Assembly (NCBI GenBank): GCA_025603075.1
Contig: MU626268.1
Location: 144,796-208,795 of the forward strand
DNA: 64,000 nucleotides
Reading direction: 5' to 3'
Source of the DNA: Neoconidiobolus thromboides FSU 785
Lineage: Eukaryota; Fungi; Entomophthoromycota
Below, piece by piece: positions 1 to 14,798 of the stretch. The position numbers and the translations under genes were made by a program. How positions within the stretch are numbered: position 1 is the stretch's first letter; each line of letters starts with the position of its first letter. The notes beneath the pieces were generated by a model that saw only the letters and a program-made list of their open reading frames with translations, was not told the origin of the DNA and did not search any database.

Positions 1-121
1 CGTAAAATGAAATTCTTCCATTAAAATATTATTAGTTAATAATTTTATAATAATTGATTCACAAATCTAAATTATGAATAAGAATATATATAATTTTAGT
101 AACAAAATATATTATATTATA

Positions 122-3005
122 TTATACTACCTCTTTGCTCACTTCTTTTCCTAATGGCAACACCAATTTCCCACTTTCTTTAGCTAATATAATTGGCTTA
201 GGTACCCCTCTATTACTTTTAACTTTTAATATATTTACTAACATGTTAAAAGTCACCCTATATTCTTTTATACCATCAATTAATTTCAATACATTTAATA
301 TTATCTTTGCTAATGTGGTACACTCCAATTTTCTAAACCTTGTATTACAATTATCACATTTATTACAATTTGGTATAGACTCATTATTGAAATATTCATT
401 AAAATAACTATTTCTACATTTATCAGTAATACCATATTCTATCATTCTATATAATTGATTTAATCCTGATACTTCAGTCACTACCATACCACTTATTTTA
501 AACAAATCGCTATTTTTATATAATAAAATACAATTGGATTCATTACCATCTCTACCTGCTCTTCCAGATTCTTGATAATAACCTATTAAATAATCGAATA
601 AATACACTATTATGATATTATTGTAGTTATTGAATAACAAATTACCATCAATAGATTTAGAAATTGTATGATGAATAACAAATCTTACATTTGGATGATT
701 AATCCCTAAACCAAACGCAATGGTTGCCACTACTATTTTTATCGTTCCATTTCGCCATAATTCATGAATTTTCAATTTTTCTTCCTAACAATATTATCAA
801 TATCAATCAAATAAGATAAATTATTATTATATCATTATATTATTATTAACTTACATCATTAACCCCAGCATGATAATAAGCCACTGAAATTTGATTGTTT
901 GATTCTTGAATTATATTTTTGGTTACTTCTTCTGTTTCATTTTTTGAAAAACAATAAATTATACCACATTGATTTTTTTGTTTAGTTAATATATAATTTA
1001 CTATCCATTGTATTACATGTAAAGATTTACTTTCTTTTTTTATTACTTGATATTTAAGATTTTCTCCTATTTTAATTTATGTTATTAATATTATTAATAA
1101 TGTTATTAGTATTTACTTATCAATGGTGCTTTAGTTATTATACATCCTTTATTATATCCATCACTACGTTTTAAGTTTAATATTTCTAATACTTGGTTTA
1201 AAACAATAGTAGAACAAGTAGCCTATAAATAACAACAATAATAATAAATTTATTTTTTGATACTAATTCAAAACTAATTATTTACTGTTAATGCCATAAT
1301 AGGAATCTTTGGAAACAAAGTCTATAAAAGAATAAATTTAATATATAAAATATTAAAAGTATCTTTTTAATTTTATACCTTCAATATATGTAATTTCTAA
1401 ATTTAGGATTTAAAATATTAATAAAAATGTTAATAAAGTATGTTATATAGTTTTTGTATTAAAATTACTCGATAATCTGGCCTAAAAAATCCATAATTAA
1501 TACCAATTAAACAATCAATCAGCATTTAAAATTACCTAAAATCATGTCCTAATTGAGAACAACAATGTGATTCATCAATAACAAATCTACTAATATTATT
1601 GATTTCATATCCTTTTTCTAATGCTCTTTTAAACATATTTCCTTTTACTACCTGTTCTGGTGTTACATAAATAAAGCTTGGAATTTTATTTAATCCTAAA
1701 ATTTCCAGTTGTTTCAATGTTATTTTCTTAGTGATACAATCCATCACTGCTTTTTTATACAATTTTTTGGTTGGCGTATTCATTTGTCCATATAATCCAA
1801 CACCAGGTATTCCTTTCAATTTTAAATCATATAATTGATCTTTAATTAAAGATATTAAGGGGGAGATTACTATTGTAATACGAGAATATTCATCTAATAT
1901 ACCAGGTAATTGATAACATAAACTTTTACCGCCACCTAAATAAGATATATTAATTTATTGAATTATATTTAATGTACTTAATTCTATTAATAATAATATT
2001 CTTTACCAGTGGGCATAATAACAAATAAATCTCTATTATCTAATGCTGCATTAATAATCAATTTTTGGTTCAATCGAAATTGATTTGTATTCCAATTTTC
2101 ATTTAATTTTAACATAGTTTCATCTTCCCAACAAAATTTGGTTATTGAATAATATTTGATTTCTTCTAAATACTTGTTAGGCTGTTTTAGTAAATTTAAA
2201 TCATTTAGTATCTTCTTTTTCTCTTTAATGAGGTTAGTTTTCTCAAAAGTCAATAATTCAATTTGTTTTTTTATATTAACTAATTCAATATCAATAGAAT
2301 CAATACGTTGGTTTAACAATTGATGTTTTTGTATTGTTTCTTGCTTCAATTCATTACTTGTTTTCATTTCATTATTGTTATCGTTATTTGATTTAATATT
2401 CGATGATGTATAACTAGTAATTAATTGATCTTTAATTTATTAAAAATAAATTCGATTTACTAAATAATAATATTATTAAAAATACCTAGATCTTCTTTGG
2501 TTTCTATTTCTTCTTTATTATTTCTCTTTCTTCTATTTTTCTGATTATTTTTAACCAAATCCACTCTTTCTATTTCTTCAATTTTTTTAATTTCCTCCAC
2601 CTCTCCCCCAAAACCACCTTTTATCTCTTCAATTTCTTCAATTTCTCCAAAATCGAATTCTATTTCCTCTATTTCCTCTATTTCCTCTATTTCCTCCATC
2701 TCACCAACACTATCTTCAATTTCTTCAATTTCTTCAATTTCTTCATCACTAATAACAATCTTCATCTTGACTTTTTTAACCTCTTTATCTCCATTCATCT
2801 CCTCTTTCTCCTCTTCATCACTTTCGATTACTTTTTTATGTTTCTTACTTTTCCTGTTTTTTCTATAATTAATAATTTCTTCTTCACTTTCTATCTTCTT
2901 TTTATCCTTCTTAAAATCAATAAAATCTTCATCGTCACTGTACACTACCACTTTATTTTCGTTAATTTCAGGTGAAGAGACTTCAATTAATTCCACTTGA
3001 TCCAT
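122..3005 (-). CDS. RecQ-family DNA helicase (RECQ1-like), multi-exon; the acidic ORF 2460-3005 is probably exon 1
   Basis: Motifs MPTG|[58 protein letters not shown] and RQC Zn cysteines (CRNSYF..CNKCDNC). A putative intron at 2430-2485 joins ORF 2460-3005 in frame to ORF 1987-2367. Confidence 0.88.
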
Positions 3006-3163
3006 GTATTAATTTAAAAAACAAATGAATTAAATAATCAAATCAAAAACATCAAAAATATCAAAAATTTAAAAATATAGTTTATATAATTAATTCAATT
3101 TTTTAGATTCAATTTTTTAGATTCAATTTATTTTAAATATTAAGAACCTTGATATTATGATAA

Positions 3164-5815
3164 TTATAATTCTTCTTCTTCAATAGCTTCTAACTCTTTT
3201 AATCGTGCTTCCAACTTAGGCACTTCGATAAGTTTATGCTCCAACTAAAATTTTAAAAAAAAGTTATTAATAATGCACATTTAATCTTAATATATCGACT
3301 AAAAACTACTTACATTTTGTTTTTCTTCTTGGAGTGCAAGTCTTTTCTCTGCATCTAATTCCGTAAAAACATAACCCCCTTGTCCGTCATATTGTAATAT
3401 GTAATTATGATATTTCCATAAACTAGGGCGATGAGATACAGTCAAGAAACTGATACCTAATTCTAAAATTACATGTTATTCCATTAATATCACATGTTAA
3501 AAAATGGGAGGAATTAGAATTAACTTACCAGATGCATGATTATACATAATTTCTTCTAATTCCATTGAAACTGCTGATGTACATTCATCTAAGATAGCAA
3601 ATTTAGGTTGATGATAATATAATCGAGCCATGGCGATCTAATTGAATTATTAATGATTATTTTATTATAAAACACTTTAACCTACCCTTTGTTTATCGCC
3701 ACCAGAAAGTGCATCTTTCCATTCTCTTTCAGTATCCCAACCACCTTCTCTTTTAACAATATCTTGAAGTTGTACCACTTTTAAAATATCTAATAAATCT
3801 TCATCTGATACTTTTTTTTCCATCATTTCTTTTTTAGTATCTGGATAAATAATTTGATCTCTTAATGTACCCAATGAAAGATATGGTCTTTGTGGTATAT
3901 AAAACATATCTTTTTTTTTAGGTCGAATTACTTTGCCCCCTTTAACTGGCCATAACCCACCAATAATTCGAAATAGACTTGATTTACCACATCCATTAGG
4001 TCCAACTATTAATAAATGCATACCTGGTTTCACTTGGAATGATAATGATTTTAATAACACTTCATCGCCTGGTGATATTATAGGTACATTTTCAAATTTA
4101 ATATAATCCCCTTCTTCCCATTCACCTTGACCATTTAAGTCAATTGATAAATCATCTTTATATTCATTTTGACTCACTTTTTTCTTTTCATATTTTCCCA
4201 GTTTAACTTCTTCAAATACATCTAACAAATCAATTACCTAATATAAAATATTATATTAATAAACATATTCAAACAATATTGTTATTATTTAGATTACTCT
4301 AGCAGTATATCCTGCCAACTCTGAAATTTCTTTATATGAATACAAAACTCGGCCAAAAGCATCTGAAGATTGGACTAATAACCTTCTATTAACCACAAAA
4401 TCTTTGGTACGTTCACCAACTTCAGCCATAGCATTAGCACCACTTTTACCAGTACCTAAAAATACTGGAGCGGAGCATAATACTAATCCTAAAGCTCCCC
4501 AAAGATATTTAATTATGAAATCTTCTAACATGCCATGGAAAATTCCAATTCTAAACGTTTGATTGACATGACGTATTAAGCTATAATATGCTTTTTCAAC
4601 TAATGTTTTTTCATTCTTTTGTCCATGATATAAGGCTATTTCTTCCACATTTTCTATAATTCTGGAATGACGTGATCGGAATTCTCCCTAAAAGAAATAA
4701 AGTTAGATCAAACAAAAACTCATACAACTAAATAATATCAATACCTCAAATATCTGTTCTTCAGCAGCCAATTTACCAAAGGGTGGGGTTAGTTTTCTTA
4801 ATAAACCAGAAGAAAGGTTGACCATTAAATTAACAATAAATAACCCCTCACCACCTACATTTCTAGATAGTTGAATATTATAAATTAATGTATCTAATAT
4901 TGGTTTAGCTAAATTAGAATAGATACTCGATAATGAATTGCAAAATTTATCAATATCCACAGTAATTAATTGATCTGCATTTTTAATTCGATCATCTAAA
5001 TTACTCATTGTATAAAATGTTTTATCACTTAAATATTGCTCATGCACATGATGAGTTAATCTAGTACGAAATTGTATAGCTAATTTACTTTGTAAATAAG
5101 TAAGCTAAAAATGTATGTCATTTATTTTAAATTTTTATATTAATATTAATTTCTACTTACCATACTATTGGTATAAGTAGCTGGTAAAGCAACACTCATC
5201 CAATAAAATATACCTTTAATAAAATCTTGACCTTGGCCACGAACCTATAATTTTAATAACTACATTAAAAACACTATCAAAGTCCAAAATAATATCATTA
5301 ATTACCAAAGCACCAACAATTCGACCATCTAAAGCAGCCACATAAACAGATAATATAGTTCTAAATACTAAAAATAGAATTAACATTAACTAGAATTAAT
5401 TTTTTGTAAATAAAATTTTAACTTACCTAAAAAGAAAGAATGTAACATCAATAAACCAAACTCTTGAGATCTTATACCAGGTATAACAATTTTTAACAAC
5501 CTTCTTAATCTCATTAAAAACAATTGATTAACCTAAATAAAAATTCATTGATCATCAATCACATCTACAACTCTCATAAAATAATTCGCTTACCTCATAT
5601 TTCTTTTTACCCAGCTTACCACTTTCAATTTCATGTTTTAGTCCTTTGATTTTTTTACTTGAAAATAAGTCTTTAATACGAAAGGTAATACCACTTAATA
5701 TACAAAATAAAACAAAACGTTTTAAATTCACTCGATGTTGAATATATTCTTGTATAAATCCACGCATCAATTCAGTAGCTACACTGAACTGGGGTTTCGA
5801 TTGTGTATTAGCCAT
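3164..5815 (-). CDS. Peroxisomal ABCD-family half transporter (PXA-like, long-chain acyl-CoA import), multi-exon
   Basis: EEIALYHG (EAA-like), Walker [30 protein letters not shown], signature LSGGDKQR, then AILDECTS and [13 protein letters not shown] in small exons. Start ATG at 5815, stop at 3164. Confidence 0.93.
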
Positions 5816-7716
5816 AGTTATTTTGCTTTCACTTTTATTGAGAATTTCAAATAGGAAGCAAAAACAATGTATCAAAAAAATCTTATTTTTTCTTAAACCT
5901 GAATCTCCAATCTTCAACGTGAAAATTGAATATATTCTATTCTTTCATTGATTTTTAGTGACTGCCCTTTTTCTCATTTTCAGATGCTTGACTCTTTTTG
6001 ATGCTCACTCTTCTAATTGCCATTTGAAGCTTTAATTTTCAACTGATTTGATGAAATTAAGTTTGAAAAGCCAATTAAAAGGTGTTAAATATTCAATATA
6101 GAATTTCGACTTCATAATGTTTTTATTAGAATAGTGCAATAAAACTATTAACAGTTTATTGAACTAGATGTATTTTTCAAAATACAATAATATAGTGTAT
6201 AAAAGGTCACAAAGTACGTCTTTTTATTATAGAAACTACTCAGTGTCCTATTTTGAGTGCATGTTTTTCTCATTCAACAATCTTTTCATTTCTTATCTAA
6301 CTTAAAATTTAAAATTAAACCTAGTTGAAATACTAAGACAAAAAGATAAAGGATTTCTTATTTGTCTATTTTTGATGGCTTAAAATCTGAAAAATTTCCC
6401 AGTTGAATCTTTAATTAAAAAAACATATTTTTTTAAAATAATGTATAAAAAACATTTGATAAAAGTTTATTGTCAACAATAATAAAAATTTATAATCTTA
6501 TACAATAATACTATAGCCATAAAGATCAAATTTAAATATATTAATATTAAAACCTTAAACCAAAAAATTAATGAACCTTCCATTCCCATTCTATTACAAT
6601 TTATCCATTTTTTAAGTAAATATAAATCTAGAAATTCACATCCATAAAACTCTACTATTTTTGATATTTATTAGTTTAGCCTTATAGCCCCAATTCATAA
6701 TACTTTCGGCTGTTTTATAGCTTTAATACTCACTTACATGGATTCTATTATACTCGAATTTTAACAGCTATTTCAGCCCTTTTTTAAAGCAGCTAACTAT
6801 TTATTTAGAAATAAAATTTAAACTAAAATTAAGGTGAGATATAAGGATTAGGCTTAGAAAAATTAACTTACAAATTATTTACTTATAAAAACTACTGCTA
6901 ATTATTTCTCAATAAAGCTGCAACAACTGAAACTACTTTCCCAAATGCTATTAAAATAGAAAACACTTTTTTATTCACCTCATCATACTTTAGGTTATTT
7001 CGCAACTTCAATATCCGCTTTCTTCAATTATACAACGCTTTAATATCCGTCCGCTTGGATTTATAACGCTTAAATTTTAATCTAATATTTTTAAAGTTAA
7101 TTAAAACGGAAATCACTTTTTTTAATATCGAGTAATTTGTCCACTTTTCACAAAACTTAGTTTCAAAGTACTTTTAAATTGTAAATAAAATAATATGCTC
7201 AAATGAAAGATTGTATTATTATCCGAAAGAGACTTTATTGATATGACTTACCAATTTCAATATTAAGCTTTATAGCATACCTTTGACTCTCAACATAATG
7301 CTAATTTTATTATTGCGGTTAAAAATATATTTATATTTTGTTTTATTATCTTAAGGATTGAATACTTTTTCAAAGGGTATAGTTTTTTGTTTGTTCACAT
7401 TCAAGTTCAATTAATAAAAATACAACCCCAAATAAAAACATTATTAAATATTATTAAAGTCAACTATATATTTACTCTATAACTCAACTCATAAATGTAA
7501 TGCTAAAATCCAAATAAATTTAAAATTAATTTTATTAAAATTTCTAATACTTCATTATTATCTAAGTTGAAATAAGGGTTAAAAAGAAAAAAACATGATA
7601 ATAAACAAGATTTGGGAATTCCGATCCTTCAATTTCATAATTAACTTTATTCTTTAAACAAATCGAGTATAAAAGCTCGATTAAGGGATTACAAAAGTAA
7701 AACAAAATCAACTAAA

Positions 7717-8457
7717 ATGGTGGGCTCAATAAAACCAAGTAAATTTCAAGTTAGAATGAAAAAATGGGATTGATACTAATATTAAAACTAATATGCTAGA
7801 AGAATGTAAACAAAATGAAATACCAAGTCATATGGGGGATGTTATGTCTTGTTTAGAGACTTCGTTAATTATTAAAGGTAATTACTCCCCAATAGAAAGG
7901 ATCGCATTGACAGCTAATGGTAATTTACAAAGGATTTTAAGGTAATGAGCTATTATTGTTTATGATGGATAGAGCTAATGCTTCTTTAGTGCTTTTTACA
8001 ATTCTAAAATTAAAGTCGAGATAGTAAAAAATGTACAAAGAGATTTAGAACAAGGTTCAGAATCGATTATATTTGATCGTGAAGTTGATTTGGTTTGTAA
8101 CGATAAGGTAAAATTGAAATTACAGAACTTTTTCTTATTCCATAGTTAATGAAATAGATATTATGTAGTGCTAAAAGTGTAATAACTGTTGAAAAAGAAG
8201 AATATAAATCAATGATTAAAAGTCAGCAAGTTGGTGTGGGTCAACTTTTTAGGTAATTTTATACTATTATCCTTTGTAAAATAGATCTTAATTATTTAAT
8301 TAGAGTTTTAAGTATTCTACCTAAATTTAGATTAATAGAAGTTGGAAGATTAGATTCAGACAATAGATTATATCGCACATATTCATTAAGTGCTGAAGGC
8401 GTTGATTGTTTAATTACTGAAACCTTCGCTAAAGATATCTTTCAATTCTCAGATTAA
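7717..8457 (+). CDS. Chorismate-lyase (UbiC/UTRA)-fold-like protein, 5 exons, absent from the ORF track
   Basis: Manual splice (introns 7739-7799, 7942-7989, 8108-8157 and one more) gives [98 protein letters not shown]. All junctions are GT-AG and in frame. The fold assignment is by motif recognition. Confidence 0.7.
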
Positions 8458-8751
8458 TTTTATGTAGTTTTTAAAAATTTCCTTTTTGATTTATACTAAA
8501 TTATATCAAATAAATTGTTAAATTTTATGTTTAATAAAAAAATTGGATTTCATATTAGTAATGAAATATTACATTAAAAGATGAGCAAAGGATTAGGTTT
8601 TAATAATATATAAATTATAAAGTAGACGTAAATACAAAAAAGTTATAAAGTTAGATAAAAGGATGAGGTATAGTTAGTAACTAATTCATTAAATGAACAG
8701 TATACTATTGAAATTCTAAGTCTTAATACAATTTTCTATTTAAACTTGTTA

Positions 8752-10720
8752 TTAAAAATATCGGTTAAGTACATCTTCTGCTCCTGGATTCAAACTATAT
8801 GGTTCCGGTTTCCTACTTGGATTCTTTTTAGGTGCTCCAAAAAATAACTTTTTTAAACTGGAACGTGAACTTCCTGAAAGTTCTTTGTTGCTACCCTCAG
8901 TTCGATTCGAACAATCGGAAGAAGTAGATGGCCTATGTCCATCCATCCTATTGGGACTTACATTCATATGATTTGGTGTATACGTTGGTATCTGTGTCGA
9001 TATCTGTGTTGATATCTGTGTTGATACCATTGTAGACTTTGGTTTGGGCTTAGGTTGTCTAATTTCCTTAAATGATTGAGGATTAATATCCAAACCCATT
9101 GAACCCTGTATTGTTTTTTCATATAAATTCATCAATGAACGTGATCGACGTCTAAATGCTTTAGAATCAAGCGGTACTACTGGAGGTGGACAACTCAACT
9201 CACCAAGCCCGTCCGCTTCAACTACTGTTGTTTTTGAAATATTAGGACTTTCTTTCATCTCTGGTTTATTTAATTGTTCATCCGAGTATCTTCTTAATTT
9301 AGGTCCTTCATAATAGTCGTAAGATTTATAATAATTTTCCAAATAAAGCATATCCACAGACATCTTTTTGGGATCTTTACTGCGCTTTGATGGTAAAGAT
9401 TCTAATGGATAATCTTCTAAAAGTAACTCTTCTAAATCATATGTCATATCAAAATTGTGTTTCTCTGAGCTAGGGCAGAAAGGTGGCCTTAACATCTTTT
9501 TCTCTAATAAATCCCATTCAATACCATTAAATAATGGCAACCTTTGAATTGAAAAGAACCCTGTTTTTCCACTTCCTAACCTTTGGTTCGGATTTTTATT
9601 TAATAACTTTTGAACAAACTCAAAAAACAATGGACTTAATTCAAGCACTGTATGAACATTAAAATCAATATGTTGTTCTAAGATACATTCCTTCTTCCTC
9701 GTCCTTTTGATACTATCATAAAATGGTGTTTTTCCATATATTCCTTCATAAAACGTAATTCCTAATGACCACCAATCTACCCCATAACTATATCCCTGAT
9801 CACCAACCATTTCAGGTGCTATTAAAAATACAATAAATAACTCATTCTTATTTAGCTGACTGAAAATATTCTTAGACTAATGAAATTTAAAATCTGACTT
9901 ACCCATGTATTGTGCTGTTCCTGAATGAGATTTCAATAAATGGTTTGGTTGAATATAAGCAGCAATATTAAAATCTGTTAAATGGGCATGACCTAATTAA
10001 TTAGTAAACTGGATTCAAAATTTTAATTTATTACCTTTTTCGTCTAACAATATATTATCTGGTTTAATGTCCCTAAGTTAATATGTATCAAATTTTCAAT
10101 TTTACCCTTAATTAAATTTACCTATGAATAATATTTTTTGAATGAAGGTAGCCAATAGCAGAAGATATTTCAGCAGCTAAAAAGATCAACTCATCTTCCG
10201 AAAATTTACGACGATGTAAATGAAATCTTAAATCACCTCCCAACATTAAATCCAAGGCCATATACAAATTATAATCATCTTGAAATGCATATCTTAAATT
10301 ACAAACAAAAGGATGTGATAGCCCTTCTAACATATTTCTTTCCCTTATAATATTTTTACTCATTTTTCGTTTGATCAAGTCTTCTTTTGAAAAATATTTT
10401 AGTGCCAACTTTGCTTTTGTTATCTTATGCTCAATTATCCGAACCTATATATTCTAATTTTAATACTCCAATACTTGTGATAGTCTTTAATAAATTTTTA
10501 GCTGCATGTATGTTGCTAATTTTTAGCCTTTTAGTATACTTACTTTTCCAAAGCTACCTCGGCCAATTGAACGTAACAATTTAAAATGGGTTAGATCCAC
10601 TTTATAAAATAAGAAGGGTTATTAAAATGTCCATAATATACAATGAATTTAAGAGTGTAAATTTAAGTAGAAATATATACCATCTTCATTCATATAAGAT
10701 TTATTCTGTTGATTACCCAT
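8752..10720 (-). CDS. AGC-group Ser/Thr kinase, YANK/STK32 (ppk33-like) family
   Basis: N-terminus MGNQQNK (possible myristoylation), IGRGSFGK, ALK, HRD, DFN, GTAQYMAPE, DWWSLG, and post-kinase NFDMTYDLEELLLE. Multi-exon. Confidence 0.92.
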
Positions 10721-12827
10721 TTTATTGAAGGAGTTGATAAAAAAATGTAATGAAAAAAATGGTCTAATGAATATTAACTTTAATTAAAATACCCTTTAGT
10801 CTAAAAATAAATAAAAGCCATTAAAATGAATAAACTCTATCAACCAATTAAACTTGTTATTCACCCCTAGTCAGATCAAACTTAATTGGTTAGATCGGTT
10901 TTATCTGCTACACTCAAGTTGCCTAAGTTCCATGAATTATTATACCATGGTTATTTTAGTACTAAATTTACATATTAAGTAAATCTTCAGCTTACCGTTC
11001 AAATAAATTTCAATCTAAAAATTATGTTGAAAGAATTATACTTTTTTTGAATTTTATTAGTAGTTTTAGGTTTTTAGCTTAATAATGAACAGAAAACTGT
11101 AAGAAAAAAACATTACCATTGTTTTTTTTTGAGATTCTAAGTCTTCCCCTCATTGTTAGTTGTAAGTTTGCGTGACTTCAAGTTAATTTTCGATCTAGAT
11201 TTTAAAATTTCAAGAGGTCAATTTAAATAAAGTTAGTAGTAAGATATATAATATATTAAAAAATGGAGTTTATTTTATAAAGAATATATCTAATACATTG
11301 CTATTTTTTACTTTGGTTATTTTTTTGAAATGAAGCAATATTACATCAAATAAACTTCATTAAATTCTTAAAATAGCAATAAATTCACAAGTGGCTTATT
11401 AACAAAATAATACAAATGAAAGGTTAATAGAGGGGAGTTATGATTAAAGCGAAAATGTATCCAGATTTCTTTTGACAAGTTGATAAATTTAAGCTCCAGG
11501 ATCCATATAGCAGCCTTATAATACTCGAGTTTGTTAATTTGAATTGTATACTATGATGCAACAATGAATGAATTATACCTTATAGTATATTAAATAGCCA
11601 TAAAAAGCACTTCAATTTTTTTGATATCATTATCTCTTACTCCATTAGATCATAATTTATTTTTAATAAAGTATCTGGGCACATATCGCTTTCAAGCAGT
11701 TTGAAAATATAGTATGGCTCCAATATTTTAGATTTTATTATTGTGCTGAAATTTATAAAAATGCCCCTTATTAAGTATACTGAAGTACCAGCAAATAAAG
11801 TTAATGAAAACATAACTTCTGGTTTCATTTTTTGTCCATTTTTTATTCGAAAAATAGAAAAGCTATTAAATACTGAAATAAGGTGTTCCTGTACGTTGAT
11901 AACGATTTATTAAACATACATCGAAAACGAGTGTACAAGGTGGTAGAGTAAGTTACTGTGTGGCTATTAAAAACAATAAGCTGTAACTATATAGCAGCTA
12001 ATGAGATCCAATAAATTGTTATTGAAATAGAAGTAGAATAAAGCTCATTAAGACTATTATAGATAACTAGGTGATTGAAATGAATTTATAGGATAAACAA
12101 AGTGACTCTGAGCCAAAACGCTTTAATAACAAATGAAATATAGTACTAACTGCTCTTGATAAAAAATCATACAAATCGAGTAATTAAACATCACTTTTTT
12201 AACAAATTCTAATGTTAATATAAAATGAGCAGATGCTATTAAGAAATTCAATAATTTTAGAATTGTTAAAATGGCAAGGGTAATATTAATAGAAAGTTAA
12301 AGCAAAGATGGTTAATGAATTTGTAATTTATTAATAAGTTAAATCAAAAATGTAGTAGTCAGATTCAAGTATAAACGACATTGAAATCATAAATAACAGT
12401 AGTAAATGAGCTACAAAGATTAATATAAATCTTTACCATTAATCTTAGGATACTCTAGCGCAACCGAATTCATTAAATAAAGTAATTGCGACTCTGAGCT
12501 CCTAGACATTGTTAAGAGAAATACAGTTATTAGAATTTTGATTTATATACTTTTTTGAAAAGTAAATGTATTGTGATTGGCTATTACAATTTTGTAAAAA
12601 AACTGTGAATGAAATTGAAATCAATGGAGCCAATTAGAGTCGAGATTTGAAAAATTCAATCCCAAAGGGATTATTAATAGAAACGAAAAAGGGATTTTAA
12701 AATTTACTTGAAAATTTTTTCAAACGGAATTTCTATTCTTATGAATTGAAAAAATTTTCAATTCAAGTTAAAAATATCTTCAAATAGAAAAAATTGTTGG
12801 AAATTAAAACTCTGGAAACTATAATAT

Positions 12828-12925
12828 GAGGATGTATTTTTGTGTTTAAGAATTTTACTAACAAAATTTCCGCTTAAATGGTGCTTAAAAAACGTAAAAA
12901 GTAACAAAGTCAGAAAAACATTTCC
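12828..12925 (+). mobile_element. MITE copy (~100 bp family)
   Basis: atat-GAGGATGT...aattttactaac...ACATTTCC-atat; matches the family consensus. Confidence 0.8.
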
Positions 12926-14798
12926 ATATATAAAATTTAAAAAAAAAATAACTATTAAAATGTATAAAACTATATAGAAAAATAAGTTACAATCATATAC
13001 AATTTTTATTAAAAATGATGCTATCAAATACACTCCTTAATTATAGACTAATATGCTTTTAGATATATGGCTTCAAAAGTACATAATTCATAAAAATATT
13101 TTTTTGTCTAAACCCAAATATTCTAAGAAAAGTGTTGTAAATCTACTATTTTCCTGTGCTTTTTCAATATTATTATTTTACTGATTGTATAACTAGATAT
13201 ATACTATAGGATAAATAGTATTTAAATGATGATATATTTACAGATATATAATTCACTGAACTAATAACCTCAGATTATTGAATAGTAAGATATTGATGGC
13301 AATAACATTTGATAATTTTATTAATATTTCCAAAGGTTTTATATCGAACATTTAAATTATCAATAAAAATATATAGGATCACTGTTGTTAAAAGTATTAC
13401 AATGGCTACTGTAAAAGCTAAGCAGATTTTAAATACCCTTGTTACAATAGTAATATACATGCTAAAATTCTAATTTATATACACAAGGCAAAACTTAATA
13501 CGAAATATATTAAGTTGCCAATAATATTTTAAAAAATCAGGATAATCTAAGACATAAATAAGCTAAAATAAACAGTTTTATAAATCACAAATGCTATTCT
13601 AGAAATGGAATAGTTTAGTAGTATAGTGGTACTTTAACTTCAAATTTGTAAATCAAAGAAGGAGGATTATGTTGTTACTTCATATTTTGGGCAGACAGCT
13701 TGATGTTAGCCAAGTATTATAGGGCTGACCCAAAGATAATTGAATAATTAAAAAATATATAACGAAACTTGATAAAAGGTATATCTTCTCGGGTTTAAAT
13801 CAACATGATTTTATTAAAAGACTAATTAAATAAAGAAGGTACCAACTAAATATAACATTTTTTAATTTGAAAACAGTGATCTAAAGATCAAGCTTCTGGT
13901 CATCATTGATTGCAAGTATGACTGTATAATTAGCAATAGTTATAATGCTCAAACTATTTCCATACCTTATATGTTATAGTGATTTTTAATAAAATAACAA
14001 TAGCTCAATGGTTTGTAGTTTTTTTATATCAAATTTTACTGACCATTTTTAATTTGTCGCTTATTCTTGGAATACCCCTTTGATACATGAAGCCCATTGA
14101 CAAAGTTATACTTAGATAATGCCACTATTTAAATAAAATACAAGTAAATTATTATAAGCTACTGGAGATCTTAAGGAGTATGAAGCTCAGATAGTTTATC
14201 AGTATTAGTGCTCTGCTTTATGCTATCAGATGCCCTATCTGATATGTGGTTAAGTTATATGCTATAGAACTCTGATATTTAGATCATTCTTTTTGAAAAA
14301 AACTGTACTAGTTTTATAATATATAAGTAAAATTATAACTGCAATCAATAATATTGAAGCTTTCGTATGTCAATGTTTATTTTATGTTAAGGTTTTGCTT
14401 AATATTTAAACCTCAATATTACTATATTGAATACTTAAACTTTCATATTGTTATATTAAATAGTTTTTTGAATCTTTGGGTCTTTATATTGATCACACTT
14501 TAACTTGAGGAAAAAATTTTAAATCGGATTTTTAATGATTATAAAATTTAATGACGATACAGTAAAACAGAGGAAACAAATGAACAGCTCATAAAGCAGG
14601 TTTATAAAAAGGAAATAGCAGAAAGTGTAATATGGAGCATGACGATCATAAAATTACAGGGGTTGTGTTTTATTTTTTATAATTTGGTTTCTTAAAATCC
14701 TTCAAATAAAGAAGTTATATTTATATTATTACCTTTGTAGTAGTATGATATACAATCTTTGTTTTTATTGATTTTTTTAAATATTACCTTAAGGATAT

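Noticed and set aside
8990-9030. 12-bp tandem repeat in the kinase tail (STQI x3) and a 16-bp tandem at about 3095-3130
   Set aside because: Ordinary slippage repeats.
12758-13033. ORF-track ORFs at 12758, 14844, 22487, 29648, 35021 and 52858
   Set aside because: Most overlap MITE copies (recurring KFVSKILKHKNTS-like translation), and the 22487 ORF lies between two copies. They are chance ORFs in AT-rich repeats.
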